DNA of 64,000 nucleotides from an uncultured Phycisphaerales bacterium (lineage in GTDB: Bacteria > Planctomycetota > Phycisphaerae > Tepidisphaerales > Tepidisphaeraceae). Below the pieces are notes generated by a model that was not told the DNA's origin, did not search any database, and saw only the letters and a program-made list of their open reading frames with translations. Positions 31,102 through 41,446 of this stretch are shown here, piece after piece; positions within the stretch are counted from its first letter, which is position 1; every line of letters begins with the position of its first letter. Made by a program: the position numbers and the translations under genes. The stretch is taken from contig CAVWLP010000002.1 in the NCBI GenBank assembly GCA_963755915.1, positions 3,520,001-3,584,000 on the forward strand. The letters are read 5' to 3'.

Positions 31102-32242
31102 TCGCGAACAATCCTCATTCGCACCCCATCACTGCTCCAAGCCGGGGCATCCGCATCTGCAAGCATCTGAGCAACATCTCGCTCTGTTACGAACAATAGG
31201 TCTGCCAAATCCTGACGAGAATACCCGGCTTCAATATGTTTGCGTAATAGATCACTAAAAACCCTGGGGGTCTCCCCCTCGATCGCCACCGGTTCGGTTT
31301 TCCGCCAACCCTTTCGCGACAATTGAACAAATATTGATTCGTAACGCCGGTCATCAATGGCACCGATCGCTTTTGCGCGAAATGCGATCGCCTGCATTGA
31401 CACCCGCCATTTCCGTTTCAAGGTTGCCAAATCCGCCAAGGCGATTCCCGGACGAACATCACGCCGAAAGTCCTTTTCGGGCATCAAAAAAGCCGACGCA
31501 AACGCGTTGGCTTCGCGCTCTGCATCCTCCGGCCTCCGATCCTTTCCAAAGTGCATTACTGTATGCCCCAATTCGTGCGCGAGACTGAATCGTGTTCTAT
31601 CTGCGGGCTTTGCTCCGTTTAAAAAGAACAGCTTGGGCAATTCGGGCACCCATCGACAAAGCGCATCAATTTCCTCAACTTCGAGATGGCGGTCGATAAC
31701 GATTCCACCATGCGCCTCTATCCGTTCAACTAAATTCGGCAACGGGCCAGGCGGTATGTTCATTGCCACGCGGGCCATCGCAGCGACTTTCTCGACATCA
31801 CCCGCTTGGTTTTCGGGATCAATTTCCGGAATTCTGTCCGGTGCGATTTCGGTTAATCGTAGAAGGCGATCAATCTGGATATCAACGATGCTGCATCGGG
31901 CATGCACCGCCTTCACATGAGAACGCTTCGCGCAGAGAGGGCCCGATGGTAGAAATCGGACATGCTGGCCAGCCTTCGCGGTCGATCAACGAAGAAGAGA
32001 TCAACTTGTACGCCAAGGGTATCGGCAAGCAAAAGAAGCTGCTCATTGTTCGGACTTGAAAGCCCGGCCTCCCATTTGCCGATCAGCGGCTGACTCACCT
32101 TGATTGTTTCTGCTAGATTGGATTGGGACAGCGCCCGAGCCTCGCGAGCGGTCACGAGCATATCCGGATTGAATCTATCGCCTACGAAAGTGTCCTTTCT
32201 GGCGCGCACTATTCCTAATGAGCGGCGTTGCCTATCTTCCAT
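31098..32242 (-). CDS. XRE HTH + ImmA/IrrE-family metallopeptidase (frameshift near 31920)
   Basis: HTH 'AREARALSQSNLA..IKVSQPLIGKWEAG'; 'RFSLAHELGH', 'EREANAFASAFLMP'. Confidence 0.85.
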
Positions 32243-32254
32243 GATTCCTCTGCC

Positions 32255-32899
32255 TTACGCGGATCGCGCTATCCTCATCTCATTGATCCGATCGGCCAAG
32301 AGGGTCGGCAAACTTGCAATTATCTGGCCATCCGCTGGCATCAGCGGATATCTCCAAAGCCATCGCCTACGGGTTGTAACTCCGATTACTGATTTTGTCA
32401 CCTGCTCTTCAACGTCGTCAAGGTCGAACCCAACCGTAACCCAAAGGCGATCCTCCATCTCTATCGCTGGCATTTCCGGGAAGGGCATACGAAGCTGACC
32501 AATCGACCAGGTTGGCGCGTTGATGTGCTTCTGTCTGTCGGTCCCGTAACTCGAAGGCATGCCACGTCGGTTTGCCCTCGTCCGTTTGATACGAAAAGCA
32601 AGGTAGGGGTCAAGGGTGATTTCTGTGGACTTCGTATTTGAGTGAATCGTGTACCGCAGCGTCGGCAATGCCGGCGAGATTGCGCTGATCAAATCGCGGG
32701 CGGCACTGGCGATTCGATCATAGAGCATATTCGATTTTGTGATCGGGCCGTAGTCGGGGAAACCAGAAGGGTCGAGAGATCGACTGATCTTGTATCGGTG
32801 AAACCCTTCGTCAACGGATTCGCGAAGCAGGCTCGGGACAACTGCCCCAATCGCCTCCATGATCGCCGCGTCTTCATCCTTTCCAAACGGTATTTTCAT
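32255..32899 (-). CDS. Hypothetical protein upstream of XRE-ImmA (possible partner toxin)
   Basis: About 214-aa ORF co-oriented with and adjacent to the ImmA gene. Confidence 0.6.
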   Translation of the reverse strand: MKIPFGKDEDAAIMEAIGAVVPSLLRESVDEGFHRYKISRSLDPSGFPDYGPITKSNMLYDRIASAARDLISAISPALPTLRYTIHSNTKSTEITLDPYLAFRIKRTRANRRGMPSSYGTDRQKHINAPTWSIGQLRMPFPEMPAIEMEDRLWVTVGFDLDDVEEQVTKSVIGVTTRRRWLWRYPLMPADGQIIASLPTLLADRINEMRIARSA

Positions 32900-33013
32900 G
32901 GACACCCACTATAGACAAATGGAGGGGGCCGAGTCAATAATCTGCGAAATTTTATTACGAATTCTATTACAAAAGGCTTGCAAATGCCTATACGTTCAAG
33001 TATAAGGGTCAGT

Positions 33014-33838
33014 ATGAACAAGCTAAGCACTGCTGACCGGGTTCGCGTGATTTCGGCTCTGGTGGAAGGATGCTCAATCCGTTCGACCGTGCGGATGACA
33101 GGCGTTGCGAAGAACACCGTCATTAAACTGCTGTTGGAAATCGGCGAGGCGTGCAAGGCTTACCACGAAGAACACGTCTGCCACTTGCTGACCAAGCGCG
33201 TTCAGTGCGACGAAATTTGGGCATTCGTGTACGCGAAGCAAAAGAACGTGCCGGAGCCGATGAAGGGCGAATTCGGCGTTGGCGATGTCTGGACGTGGAC
33301 GGCGCTCGATTCAGAATCCAAACTCATCATCAGCTACATGGTCGGTCTACGCGATGCCGGGTATGCCCACGAATTCATGCGTGACGTTGCGAGCCGATTG
33401 GCTCGCAAGGTGCAATTAACCACCGATGGATTGAGCGTGTACCTTGACGCAGTGGACGATGCTTTTGGCGGGGATATTGACTACGCCCAACTCATCAAGA
33501 TTTACGGCGCTGATAAGTCTGGCCCAGGCCGATACAGCCCTCCCGAAGTTACTGGCATTCGGCAAGAAGAGGTCTGTGGATCGCCCGAACCCCGCCATAT
33601 CTGCACCAGCCACGTCGAACGGCAGAATCTGACGATGCGGATGTCGATGCGGCGATTTACGCGGCTGACGAACGCTTTCAGCAAAAAGGTTGAGAACCAC
33701 GCGGCGCAAATTGCCCTGCACTTCATGCACTACAACTACTGCCGGATTCACCAGACGCTTCGCGTTACGCCGGCGATGCAAGCTGGGCTGGCCGATCATG
33801 TTTGGGAGATTGAGGAATTGGTGGCGCTGATCGACTGA
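33014..33838 (+). CDS. IS1-family DDE transposase (274 aa, single ORF)
   Basis: N-terminal [39 protein letters not shown]. Confidence 0.95.
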   Translation: MNKLSTADRVRVISALVEGCSIRSTVRMTGVAKNTVIKLLLEIGEACKAYHEEHVCHLLTKRVQCDEIWAFVYAKQKNVPEPMKGEFGVGDVWTWTALDSESKLIISYMVGLRDAGYAHEFMRDVASRLARKVQLTTDGLSVYLDAVDDAFGGDIDYAQLIKIYGADKSGPGRYSPPEVTGIRQEEVCGSPEPRHICTSHVERQNLTMRMSMRRFTRLTNAFSKKVENHAAQIALHFMHYNYCRIHQTLRVTPAMQAGLADHVWEIEELVALID

Positions 33839-33859
33839 GGCCAGGTATAATCCTGGTGG

Positions 33860-34393
33860 ATGAAACAGGCTTGGCGATGGCTGTTCAGCGCACTGGCCGC
33901 ACTTTCGCTCGCGATGTTACTGATCACGGCGTTTTTGTGGAGCGTCCAGTCGCACCACCGGATCAACTTCGGATTGTTCGGCCATCCGATTGAGGTCTGG
34001 ATCGGTCCTCGGACCTACGGCGTGGTGGTGCGCATCTACGCGACGGGAACAGTGATGATGCCGTGGCATTACGTTGGGCCCTCGGTTACAGGAGTTGACA
34101 CTGGTTCCTCCAGTCAGCTTCACTTCGGAATGTGCTGGGGCGCGGGGTACCAAATTAGCAACTTAACCGCGAATAGTCCGAACCCAGCGGCGGCCCAAAC
34201 CTGGCGCCAACTTCAACTATCCTTTCTTTATCCCTTCACCCTGCTCGCGTTGGCGGCCGGTCTCTTCGGGTATCTAAGCATCAAGATGCGCCGAGCAGCG
34301 CCTCTGGGACATTGCGTCAGATGCGGCTACGACCTCCGCGCCACGCCTGGCCGTTGCCCGGAATGCGGAAAAATCGTCGAAAAAACTATTTAA
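33860..34393 (+). CDS. Membrane protein with C-terminal Zn ribbon (same family as cassettes 1-3)
   Basis: 2 TM segments + [29 protein letters not shown] upstream; stop abuts the right TIR. Confidence 0.85.
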   Translation: MKQAWRWLFSALAALSLAMLLITAFLWSVQSHHRINFGLFGHPIEVWIGPRTYGVVVRIYATGTVMMPWHYVGPSVTGVDTGSSSQLHFGMCWGAGYQISNLTANSPNPAAAQTWRQLQLSFLYPFTLLALAAGLFGYLSIKMRRAAPLGHCVRCGYDLRATPGRCPECGKIVEKTI

Positions 34394-34465
34394 TTTCAAA
34401 CTGACCCACTACCCGAAATCGAGCAAACTTGACAACGGAAATGGCGTTTTCACGCGGTGCCCCGT

Positions 34466-34783
34466 TCAATTCGTTGACCATTCCGCTCTGTCATTCGTCC
34501 ATCGCACATCCGGGTACTTGAAGGTTAATTTCTTGCGGAGTTCGCTTAACGGCGGGAATCGATGGCCGTTACCCGACGCACTTCGCCATGTTTTGCAGCC
34601 GTGATCGGCACACAGGCGGGCAAGAGCTTTGTCAGTGTATAAGTCTAATCCGCCGAAACTGCGGAGATAGAAATACAGCCCATGCGAGTAACAACGGTCC
34701 GGGTGCTTTGCCGATTCCAATGCAGGTAAAACGCCACGGTCGGCAAGCTGTACAAACGCCTCACGTGTGGGATTTGTTTCCAT
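34466..34783 (-). CDS. Hypothetical protein
   Basis: 105-aa ATG ORF downstream of the primase. Confidence 0.4.
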   Translation of the reverse strand: METNPTREAFVQLADRGVLPALESAKHPDRCYSHGLYFYLRSFGGLDLYTDKALARLCADHGCKTWRSASGNGHRFPPLSELRKKLTFKYPDVRWTNDRAEWSTN

Positions 34784-35413
34784 CGCCGGGCGTAGTTCGC
34801 GAGCGTCATACGGAATTTCGCCACTGAAAATTATTTCGTTGGGCGCGGGAGAAATGACCAGTGACCATCACCTTCAGGCGTTACTTCCAATTCAAGAGCC
34901 AAGCCGCGTCGTATATGTTGGTATTCGTCCGGTGAGCAAACGGCCAAACTTGGCGCATCTGCGTTCTTAGACATTTGCGTATCGTGATAAATTGCGAAGT
35001 GCCAATACGGTTCAAGCCAGCGGCCGCGCTTCACGATGTAAGTTGGGACGGCTCGGAAGTTTTTCAAGGTTTCCGGCACATCAGGCGTGTACGGGATTCT
35101 CAGCGCCAGCCCGAACCAAGCCGTGATGATCAACGCGCATATCTTGCCGCCACGAATCCTATCAGGGAGCAACGTGTAGCACGTGGCGATCTCCAACGTC
35201 GTAGCTTCATGCGTCGCGCAGAATTTGCGGATTGCGTTCGCGTTTTCACGCCCTTGTGTTTCGTAGCAGGAAGGCCGGTACACAATAAAATCTTTGTCAG
35301 CTTTGATAATCACGCCACGGGAAGGCCCAAAACCCAGAACAAGATCGGCTTGATAATCCGAGCTGTTTGCGGCGGGGCCGGTAGATGTTGCGTTCACAGT
35401 TCTATCCAAAGAG

Positions 35414-37918
35414 TTACTCGGCGGGTGGCATGAGGGTATCCCTGAAAATGAATTTCCGACCCTCATTCGTGCGGTCGCTCGTGACTTCAATTCCCACCGA
35501 CTTTAATGCTGGAATTACGCGATTGATTGCATTTGCTAACGCACTGGCCGAGCCAGGGCATTGTTGTCGCGGTACGTCGGCAATTAATGGCGGCAAGTGT
35601 GTCAGAAGTTTTGCGCACAGTCCTTGCCACTCTCGAAGCGGTTCTTTGCCGCCCCTCAAGAGTTTGATGAGAGCTTGAGCGACGGGCGATGCTTCCAAGG
35701 CCAACGATGCGGCTTCGTTTAGGTTGTCTTTGTACGCTTGCATGAAACCGCCCGCTTTCCACGGCAGCGCCGGTTCGGCGGCTACAACCCACTTTGCAAA
35801 GTCGGCCATACGCGGCAGGTCTCTAATTGTCACAGTTGGTAAATTCTTCAAGGCGCACGATACGGCATCTAGCAACGCACCAAGAATACGAGGGCGGGCC
35901 TTTTCAAACTCACCCTCAATCTCTTCTTTGGTTTTGCGCGCACCATTTGGAACAGGGGCGACTTTCAAGATCAAACAACGATCCAAGAAATCTGCTCGTG
36001 TGCTGGCGTCGGAAATACCGTTGAGAACAATCATCCGCGAAGCCCGCATTATTTTTTCGTCATCATCGGCGTAAAGCTCTCGTTCGGCCTGTCCAGCGCC
36101 GGTGGAAATTCGGCACATGCCGTCTGCCATTTCAGCCGAAATGCTCGACACATTATCGAAGCCCAACATCCAATTATTCTGCGCCGAAATCATCAGCCCG
36201 CGTAACTCTTTAGGTATTGATCGCAGTAATGCTTCATTCGGATCGATACACGCCCGGAAGAATTCGCAGCTACTACTCTTGAACGCTCCGTGCAATCCGG
36301 TGACACAGACGATCGGATAGGGGCCCGTCGGGCTGAACGCCATTACGAGCGCGGAGACAAGTAGGCGAAATGTTCCATCGTTCTTGATGTCTTTTGGTGG
36401 AATCGGTGTGTTGATAAACGGACGCAACTCCTCGACGCTCCCGCCGCGCACCGGCAAAGGCAGGGCTTTGTATCCCGATTTTCGCACAAATCGGACGGGC
36501 GGATCACCTTCAAGAATTTTCCACCCATCAGCAGATATTTCAATTACCCGGTGATGTTCATCCCCCAGGTCCAGATATATTTTCCTCTCATACGGTCCGA
36601 TTCGCACAAAGACTTTGTGTGATTCGCCCTCATACTTCGCCGCGCCCTTCAGGACGTTGAGCGCATCGGCTAAGGCTTGTGCGCCGGGGACTATTTGGAA
36701 ATGGCGGTGATAGCGACGTGATAACCATTCACGAAAAGTTTTGCTCTTGAGTTGACACGTTTCCGAACCCCGTTCTGTTTTAAATTTCGCATACTCGCTG
36801 TCCCCACTGTGGAAAAGTTCAACCCCTTCTTTCGCTGCGAGTTCAACTAGGAATTCGGCTTGGGACCGTTTTTCCGGCGACGGAGTATAGACTTTTGTCG
36901 TCGCGGCGATGGCGTTCGCGATTGTGTTTTGACCATAGGTCTTCTCGCCGTGCTGTTCATCCCACTTGGCGCGCATTCGTTTTGTTCCGCGAAATATCCA
37001 ATCCATTTGCCCGGCATTTTTGCCGGTCCAGAATGCGAGCATTTTGCCGAACTCAAAATCACCGCCGGACTTTGATTTGTCTTTTTTCAATACGCTGTCA
37101 TCGCCGTTCATCAGAGCAATGAACTTTGGGCCGTTGCGCGCATTGCTCGCCAACTCAATGAGTCGTTCATCTTCGATTAACTGTGTACGCGGTGCCGCCG
37201 TTTCATGGGGTGTGGGTGGAGGTTCAAAGAACTTAGGGAAGGTCACCGCGACATCCGACGTGCCAATCTCCTCAATGGGTGGACCATACGCATTGCCTGT
37301 CACCGTGAAGAAGCGACCCGTCGTATAAACCTCAATCGCGCCGTCCGCATCACCATCTACTGATAATTTCTTTCGCGTCGGGTGCCGACTACAAACATCA
37401 TGCACCCAAAATTTAAGCCCGTCTCCGGATGGCGAGATTTCCATGTAGGCACCAGCGTTTTGTGTCGCACTGACGATGGGCTTGGCCCAAGCTTTCAAGG
37501 TCCGGTCGGGGTTGAAGCAATGGTCAAGGTCAATCCCCGTGAATTGCCTGCCGTCAAAGACAAAACCAATTCCAACGTAACTCCCACCTGAGAATGCCTC
37601 AATCGCGCCGTCAAAAGTTCCCCACGTTGCGGGATCTGTGCTATCCGCACACTCACCGTTGAATTGAAACAAGAGTTTCCGATGCGAGGGACCGACGTAC
37701 TTCCACACAACCCAATTGTTGAGCGCTCGCATTTCGGCGGGAACACGGGCGAGCCATCTTTTCACCATTGCGGGTTTGGGGTCGGGAAATCGTGGTCCGT
37801 TCGCGAACCGAAGCTTTGGATTCAAAAGCACGTCGATTAACAACGTAGGGGTCGGTTTGATTTCAACCAACTCACTTTCGTCAGTCTCATTCGCGGCCTC
37901 GGCAGAAACGGGGGGCAT
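35414..37918 (-). CDS. Primase-polymerase (NrS-1-like AEP) fused to P-loop helicase-like domain
   Basis: 'NWVVWK', 'ADSTDPATW', 'GIDLDHC', 'YMEISPSGDGL', 'RFFTVTG'; Walker-like GLHGAFKSS, 'FDNVS', 'RELY.DD.E'. Confidence 0.85.
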   Translation of the reverse strand: MPPVSAEAANETDESELVEIKPTPTLLIDVLLNPKLRFANGPRFPDPKPAMVKRWLARVPAEMRALNNWVVWKYVGPSHRKLLFQFNGECADSTDPATWGTFDGAIEAFSGGSYVGIGFVFDGRQFTGIDLDHCFNPDRTLKAWAKPIVSATQNAGAYMEISPSGDGLKFWVHDVCSRHPTRKKLSVDGDADGAIEVYTTGRFFTVTGNAYGPPIEEIGTSDVAVTFPKFFEPPPTPHETAAPRTQLIEDERLIELASNARNGPKFIALMNGDDSVLKKDKSKSGGDFEFGKMLAFWTGKNAGQMDWIFRGTKRMRAKWDEQHGEKTYGQNTIANAIAATTKVYTPSPEKRSQAEFLVELAAKEGVELFHSGDSEYAKFKTERGSETCQLKSKTFREWLSRRYHRHFQIVPGAQALADALNVLKGAAKYEGESHKVFVRIGPYERKIYLDLGDEHHRVIEISADGWKILEGDPPVRFVRKSGYKALPLPVRGGSVEELRPFINTPIPPKDIKNDGTFRLLVSALVMAFSPTGPYPIVCVTGLHGAFKSSSCEFFRACIDPNEALLRSIPKELRGLMISAQNNWMLGFDNVSSISAEMADGMCRISTGAGQAERELYADDDEKIMRASRMIVLNGISDASTRADFLDRCLILKVAPVPNGARKTKEEIEGEFEKARPRILGALLDAVSCALKNLPTVTIRDLPRMADFAKWVVAAEPALPWKAGGFMQAYKDNLNEAASLALEASPVAQALIKLLRGGKEPLREWQGLCAKLLTHLPPLIADVPRQQCPGSASALANAINRVIPALKSVGIEVTSDRTNEGRKFIFRDTLMPPAE

Positions 37919-37960
37919 TGGCTATCTCACATTCTGCGGAACAAAGGTTTCGGCAATGAA

Positions 37961-38170
37961 TTATTTCGCAATCACCGACTGAGGGAATTTGCCAGCGTCA
38001 CGCAAGGCTTGCTCAATCGTTGGCAAGTAATCGAGCGATATGATGCGGCTGCGTCCGTGCAGTGGGCATTTGGCGTTATCGAGAACGCCTGTGTAGAACA
38101 GGTTGACGATTACGCCGGGCTTGACCCCAAAACGATCAGCAACTTGTCGGATCGTGAATATGTCACGCAT
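37961..38170 (-). CDS. Small MerR/excisionase-like HTH protein
   Basis: 'FTIRQVADRFGVKPGVIVNLFY...CPLHGRSRII'; paralog of 13968-14177. Confidence 0.7.
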   Translation of the reverse strand: MRDIFTIRQVADRFGVKPGVIVNLFYTGVLDNAKCPLHGRSRIISLDYLPTIEQALRDAGKFPQSVIAK

Positions 38171-38381
38171 ACGAAAACCTCTCTGATTAGTCACATTTGG
38201 CGACCCTCAAAAAGCCCCGCTTTGCCGGGGCGGGGCGAATGTGGATCGGGAAGGACCACAAACACAGTCCTTTCCTTTCAAATCATGGAGAAACACGAAT
38301 CTTGTTGCAGAAAAGTCTTGCGGCGGTCGCGGCAGAGCTATGCTGAAACGTAGATTTGTCGGCGCAATTGTCGTGATGGCA

Positions 38382-38715
38382 GTGACGGCGTGAGTGACGG
38401 CGATCTTTTTCGGGGGAACATCGTGGAGATAAGGACTTACACGCAAATGATGGCAGTGACGGCGTTTTTCGCCGACTTTTTACCAAAGCCGCCGGTACGC
38501 ACCTTCAATCGCTTCGCGCTGACGATCATCCGTCATCCCCCCGACCCATCATTTTCTGGTTCAACCGCCCCCTGGCTCTCTCCCCCTCTTTCTTCTGTAT
38601 CTACTAATTAAATAAGTTGGAAATCGCCGTCACGCCGTCACTTCGGTTGTAACCCCTGTGATTTACGTTACTACGGGGTGACGATGCCGTCGTCATTCGC
38701 CGTCACCGCCGTCAC
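38382..38715. repeat. Converging GTGACGGCG/CGCCGTCAC iterons around an AT-rich core (putative origin)
   Basis: Forward copies at 38382, 38394 and 38456; reverse copies at 38625, 38633, 38698 and 38707; AT-rich CTAATTAAATAAG near 38604. Confidence 0.7.
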
Positions 38716-39075
38716 TAAGTTAGGAAGGATGTAGGGGTGAGCGTGATTGTGATTGCTCAAAATTCTTCGTCTTAGGGGGACGAGCGGGGTAGGGGGGTCT
38801 AAATCCAAATCTGCCTCCACATCCCTCACATCCATCATTTTCAACCTAGTCACCGATCAAAAATCGACTCGCTTTTGCGCTCCGCAACCACCAACTGTGC
38901 CAAGGTCGTTTGCCGTCACTTCATTATGGGCAAATCGGCCTCAATTGAAGCCATTTGTGATAATGCGGTGACTCTGCCGTTTGGTTGAGGCGCGACGATT
39001 GGTATCCGCTCGGCCAAACCCATCTCCGCGCCGCTGAACTGATCTGGCAACATGGGACGCAACCGGGAGGTTCCC

Positions 39076-39429
39076 ATGGAAGCCATGCTCAATGGCAAGG
39101 CAGAAGCCTGGCGCCGGCGCATCGACAATCAGCGGGCCAGCGGACAATCCGTTCGAGCTTGGTGCGAAGCGAACGATGCCCAAGAAGGTTCATTTTACTG
39201 GTGGCGGGCCAGACTCGGTCTGTCCCCCGGCAAGCGGCGACTTCGGCGCCTGTTGAGGCCGGCGGAGGCCAAGCCCACGCCGCTGGCCTTCGCCCAGGTT
39301 CTTGTTCATCCGTCCACCGCCGAGCCGCTTCGCCTTCGGCTTGCCGGCGAACGCGAACTGATTTTGCCGGCGTCGATGCCGCTTGAGCAGGTGGCGAAGT
39401 TGGTTCACGCTATCGAGGCGACGGCATGA
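39076..39429 (+). CDS. tnpA: IS66 accessory protein TnpA
   Basis: 'WRRRIDNQRASGQSVRAWC......SFYWWRARL'. Confidence 0.85.
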   Translation: MEAMLNGKAEAWRRRIDNQRASGQSVRAWCEANDAQEGSFYWWRARLGLSPGKRRLRRLLRPAEAKPTPLAFAQVLVHPSTAEPLRLRLAGERELILPASMPLEQVAKLVHAIEATA

Positions 39430-39749
39430 TCGGCGCTGCCGGCGTGCGAATCTGGTTGGCGACGGCGGCGGTGGATGGTCGCAAGGGATTCGACACGTTG
39501 TGCGCGATCGTGCGTCAGGCGCTTGGGCATGATCCGTTGTGCGGGGACTTGTTTGTCTTCCGCAACCGCTCGATGGCGCGGGTGAAAATACTTTTTTGGG
39601 ATGGCAACGGCCTGGTTCTTTACGCGAAGCGTTTGGAGAAGGGAACCTTCCGCTGGCCGCAAGCTGGCGAGTCCTCCATCGCGCTCAGCGGCTCGCAACT
39701 CATTGAACTTCTGGCCGGACGGGAAGTGAAATCGTTGGCACAAAAATAA
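39426..39749 (+). CDS. tnpB: IS66 accessory protein TnpB
   Basis: 'VDGRKGFDTL...LFVFRNR...KILFWDGNG..LYAKRLEKGTFRWP'. Confidence 0.92.
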   Translation: MIGAAGVRIWLATAAVDGRKGFDTLCAIVRQALGHDPLCGDLFVFRNRSMARVKILFWDGNGLVLYAKRLEKGTFRWPQAGESSIALSGSQLIELLAGREVKSLAQK

Positions 39750-39791
39750 TTGCAACATTCCGATGGACAGCGCGTATGATGCGGCAGAGTC

Positions 39792-41402
39792 ATGGACGAC
39801 GCGGCCCTCCTGGAACTTCCTGACGACCCAATCCTGCTCAAGCGTCTGATTGTCGAGCGCGATCGAGCCATCGCGCAACGTGACGAATCGATCCAGTTCC
39901 TGAGCCAGGACAACCAGCTCCTGCGTCATCGCCTGGCGGCGTTGCTGCGAAGCAGCTACGGCCCGCGTGCTGAGCGGTTTGATCCCCGGCAACTGCTGCT
40001 CTTCGGCCTGCTGGTGCCGAGGATTGAATTCCCAGCGACGGGTTCCACCCTGAAGTCCAAGTCGCCCAACCGATCCAAGCATGGCCGCCAAAAACTTCCC
40101 GAACATTTGCCGCGTCTGCCCATTGAACACGACCTGAGTGAATCGGAGAAGGCCTGTCCCTGCTGCGGCGAGACGCGCCAGCGCATCGGCCAGGAGAAAA
40201 GCGAGCAACTGGAGCACCTTCCCTCCAACTTCGTGGTCCTGGAGCACATCCGCCACAAGTACGCCTGCGAGCATTGCAATTCGGGCCGTTGCCAGAAGTG
40301 CGATGGCCAGGCTCACATCGATCTGGCCGCCAAGCCCCAGCAGCCGATTGAAAAGGGCTTGGCCGGTCCGGGACTCCTGGCGTATGTGGTGACCTCAAAA
40401 CTCGCGGATCATTTGCCGCTGCACCGGCTGGAGCAGATTTTCGCCCGCCAGCAGGTCCACATCAGCCGCTCAACGCTGTGTGGCTGGATGGCGGCGGCGG
40501 CCCAGGTGGTCGAACCGTTGTACAAGTTCATGTGCGACCGCGTCCGCCAAAGCGATATCCTGCACACGGACGACACGATTGTTCCGATCCAGCACGAAGG
40601 TCACTGCCGGCAGGGACGGTTGTGGACGTACGTTGGGGATGAACGCCATCCTTATATTGTGTACGACTTCACGCCGACGCGCTCGGGCCAGGGGCCGTTG
40701 GCCTGGCTGGGAACATGGAAGGGCTTTTTGCAGGCCGACGCCTACGCCGGCTACGACAAGTTGTACGCGCGCGGCGACGTGACGGAGGTCGCCTGCTGGG
40801 CTCACGCGCGACGAAAATACTTTGACGCTCAGGAATCCGATCCCGCGCGGGCGTTGTGGATGTTGGAGATGATCCGCCGGTTGTACGCGGTGGAGAGTGA
40901 AGCCGCCGGCCGTGATGCGCCAACGCGCCTGCATCTACGGCAATCGCAGTCCGCGCCGATCCTGGAGCAAATCCACTTGTGGCTAATCGAGCAGCAGGCA
41001 CAAGTGCTGCCCAGGAGTCCGATCGCCCAGGCCATGGGTTACGCGCTGAACCAATGGCCGGCGCTGGTGGTCTACACGACCGATTCGCGACTGAGCATAG
41101 ATAATAACGTGGCGGAACGCGCCTTGCGCCGTGTCGCGATCGGACGAAAAAATTGGTTGTTTTCGGGGCACGACGAGTCCGCCCAGGGCTACGCAATCCT
41201 GTGGTCGCTGATCGCCAGCGCCCAGCGTCACGAGATCGACGTGCAGTTATACCTGCGCAGCGTGCTGGCCCACTTGCCGGGCCTGCCGGCGGAAGAATTG
41301 CAAAACTATCTGCCCGACGCGTGGAAGCGCGACCTGATGGACGTACAGTGGGCGACGCTGAATGCTCATCACGCCAGCCTGGCGCGAGGCACTGTCAAAT
41401 GA
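39792..41402 (+). CDS. tnpC: IS66 DDE transposase TnpC
   Basis: Zn finger CPCCG, 'HLPLHR', 'HTDDT', 'LQADAYAGY', 'CWAHARRK', 'IDNNVAERALR...GRKNWLF'. Confidence 0.95.
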   Translation: MDDAALLELPDDPILLKRLIVERDRAIAQRDESIQFLSQDNQLLRHRLAALLRSSYGPRAERFDPRQLLLFGLLVPRIEFPATGSTLKSKSPNRSKHGRQKLPEHLPRLPIEHDLSESEKACPCCGETRQRIGQEKSEQLEHLPSNFVVLEHIRHKYACEHCNSGRCQKCDGQAHIDLAAKPQQPIEKGLAGPGLLAYVVTSKLADHLPLHRLEQIFARQQVHISRSTLCGWMAAAAQVVEPLYKFMCDRVRQSDILHTDDTIVPIQHEGHCRQGRLWTYVGDERHPYIVYDFTPTRSGQGPLAWLGTWKGFLQADAYAGYDKLYARGDVTEVACWAHARRKYFDAQESDPARALWMLEMIRRLYAVESEAAGRDAPTRLHLRQSQSAPILEQIHLWLIEQQAQVLPRSPIAQAMGYALNQWPALVVYTTDSRLSIDNNVAERALRRVAIGRKNWLFSGHDESAQGYAILWSLIASAQRHEIDVQLYLRSVLAHLPGLPAEELQNYLPDAWKRDLMDVQWATLNAHHASLARGTVK

Positions 41403-41446
41403 GCATTGTGGCCGGTTGATTCGTTAGGTATCGTTTGTGAGCGACG

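Larger units (their letters stand above)
30800..34413 (+). mobile_element. IS1-family cargo transposon C (intact)
   Basis: Perfect 18-bp TIRs GGTAGTGGGTCAGTTTGA (30800-30817) and TCAAACTGACCCACTACC (34396-34413); flanking CGAAATCG at 30792-30799 and 34414-34421. Confidence 0.95.

Noticed and set aside
39426-39749. tnpB as an RNA-guided nuclease
   Set aside because: This is the 107-aa IS66 accessory TnpB, unrelated to IS200/IS605 TnpB; it has no RuvC motifs.
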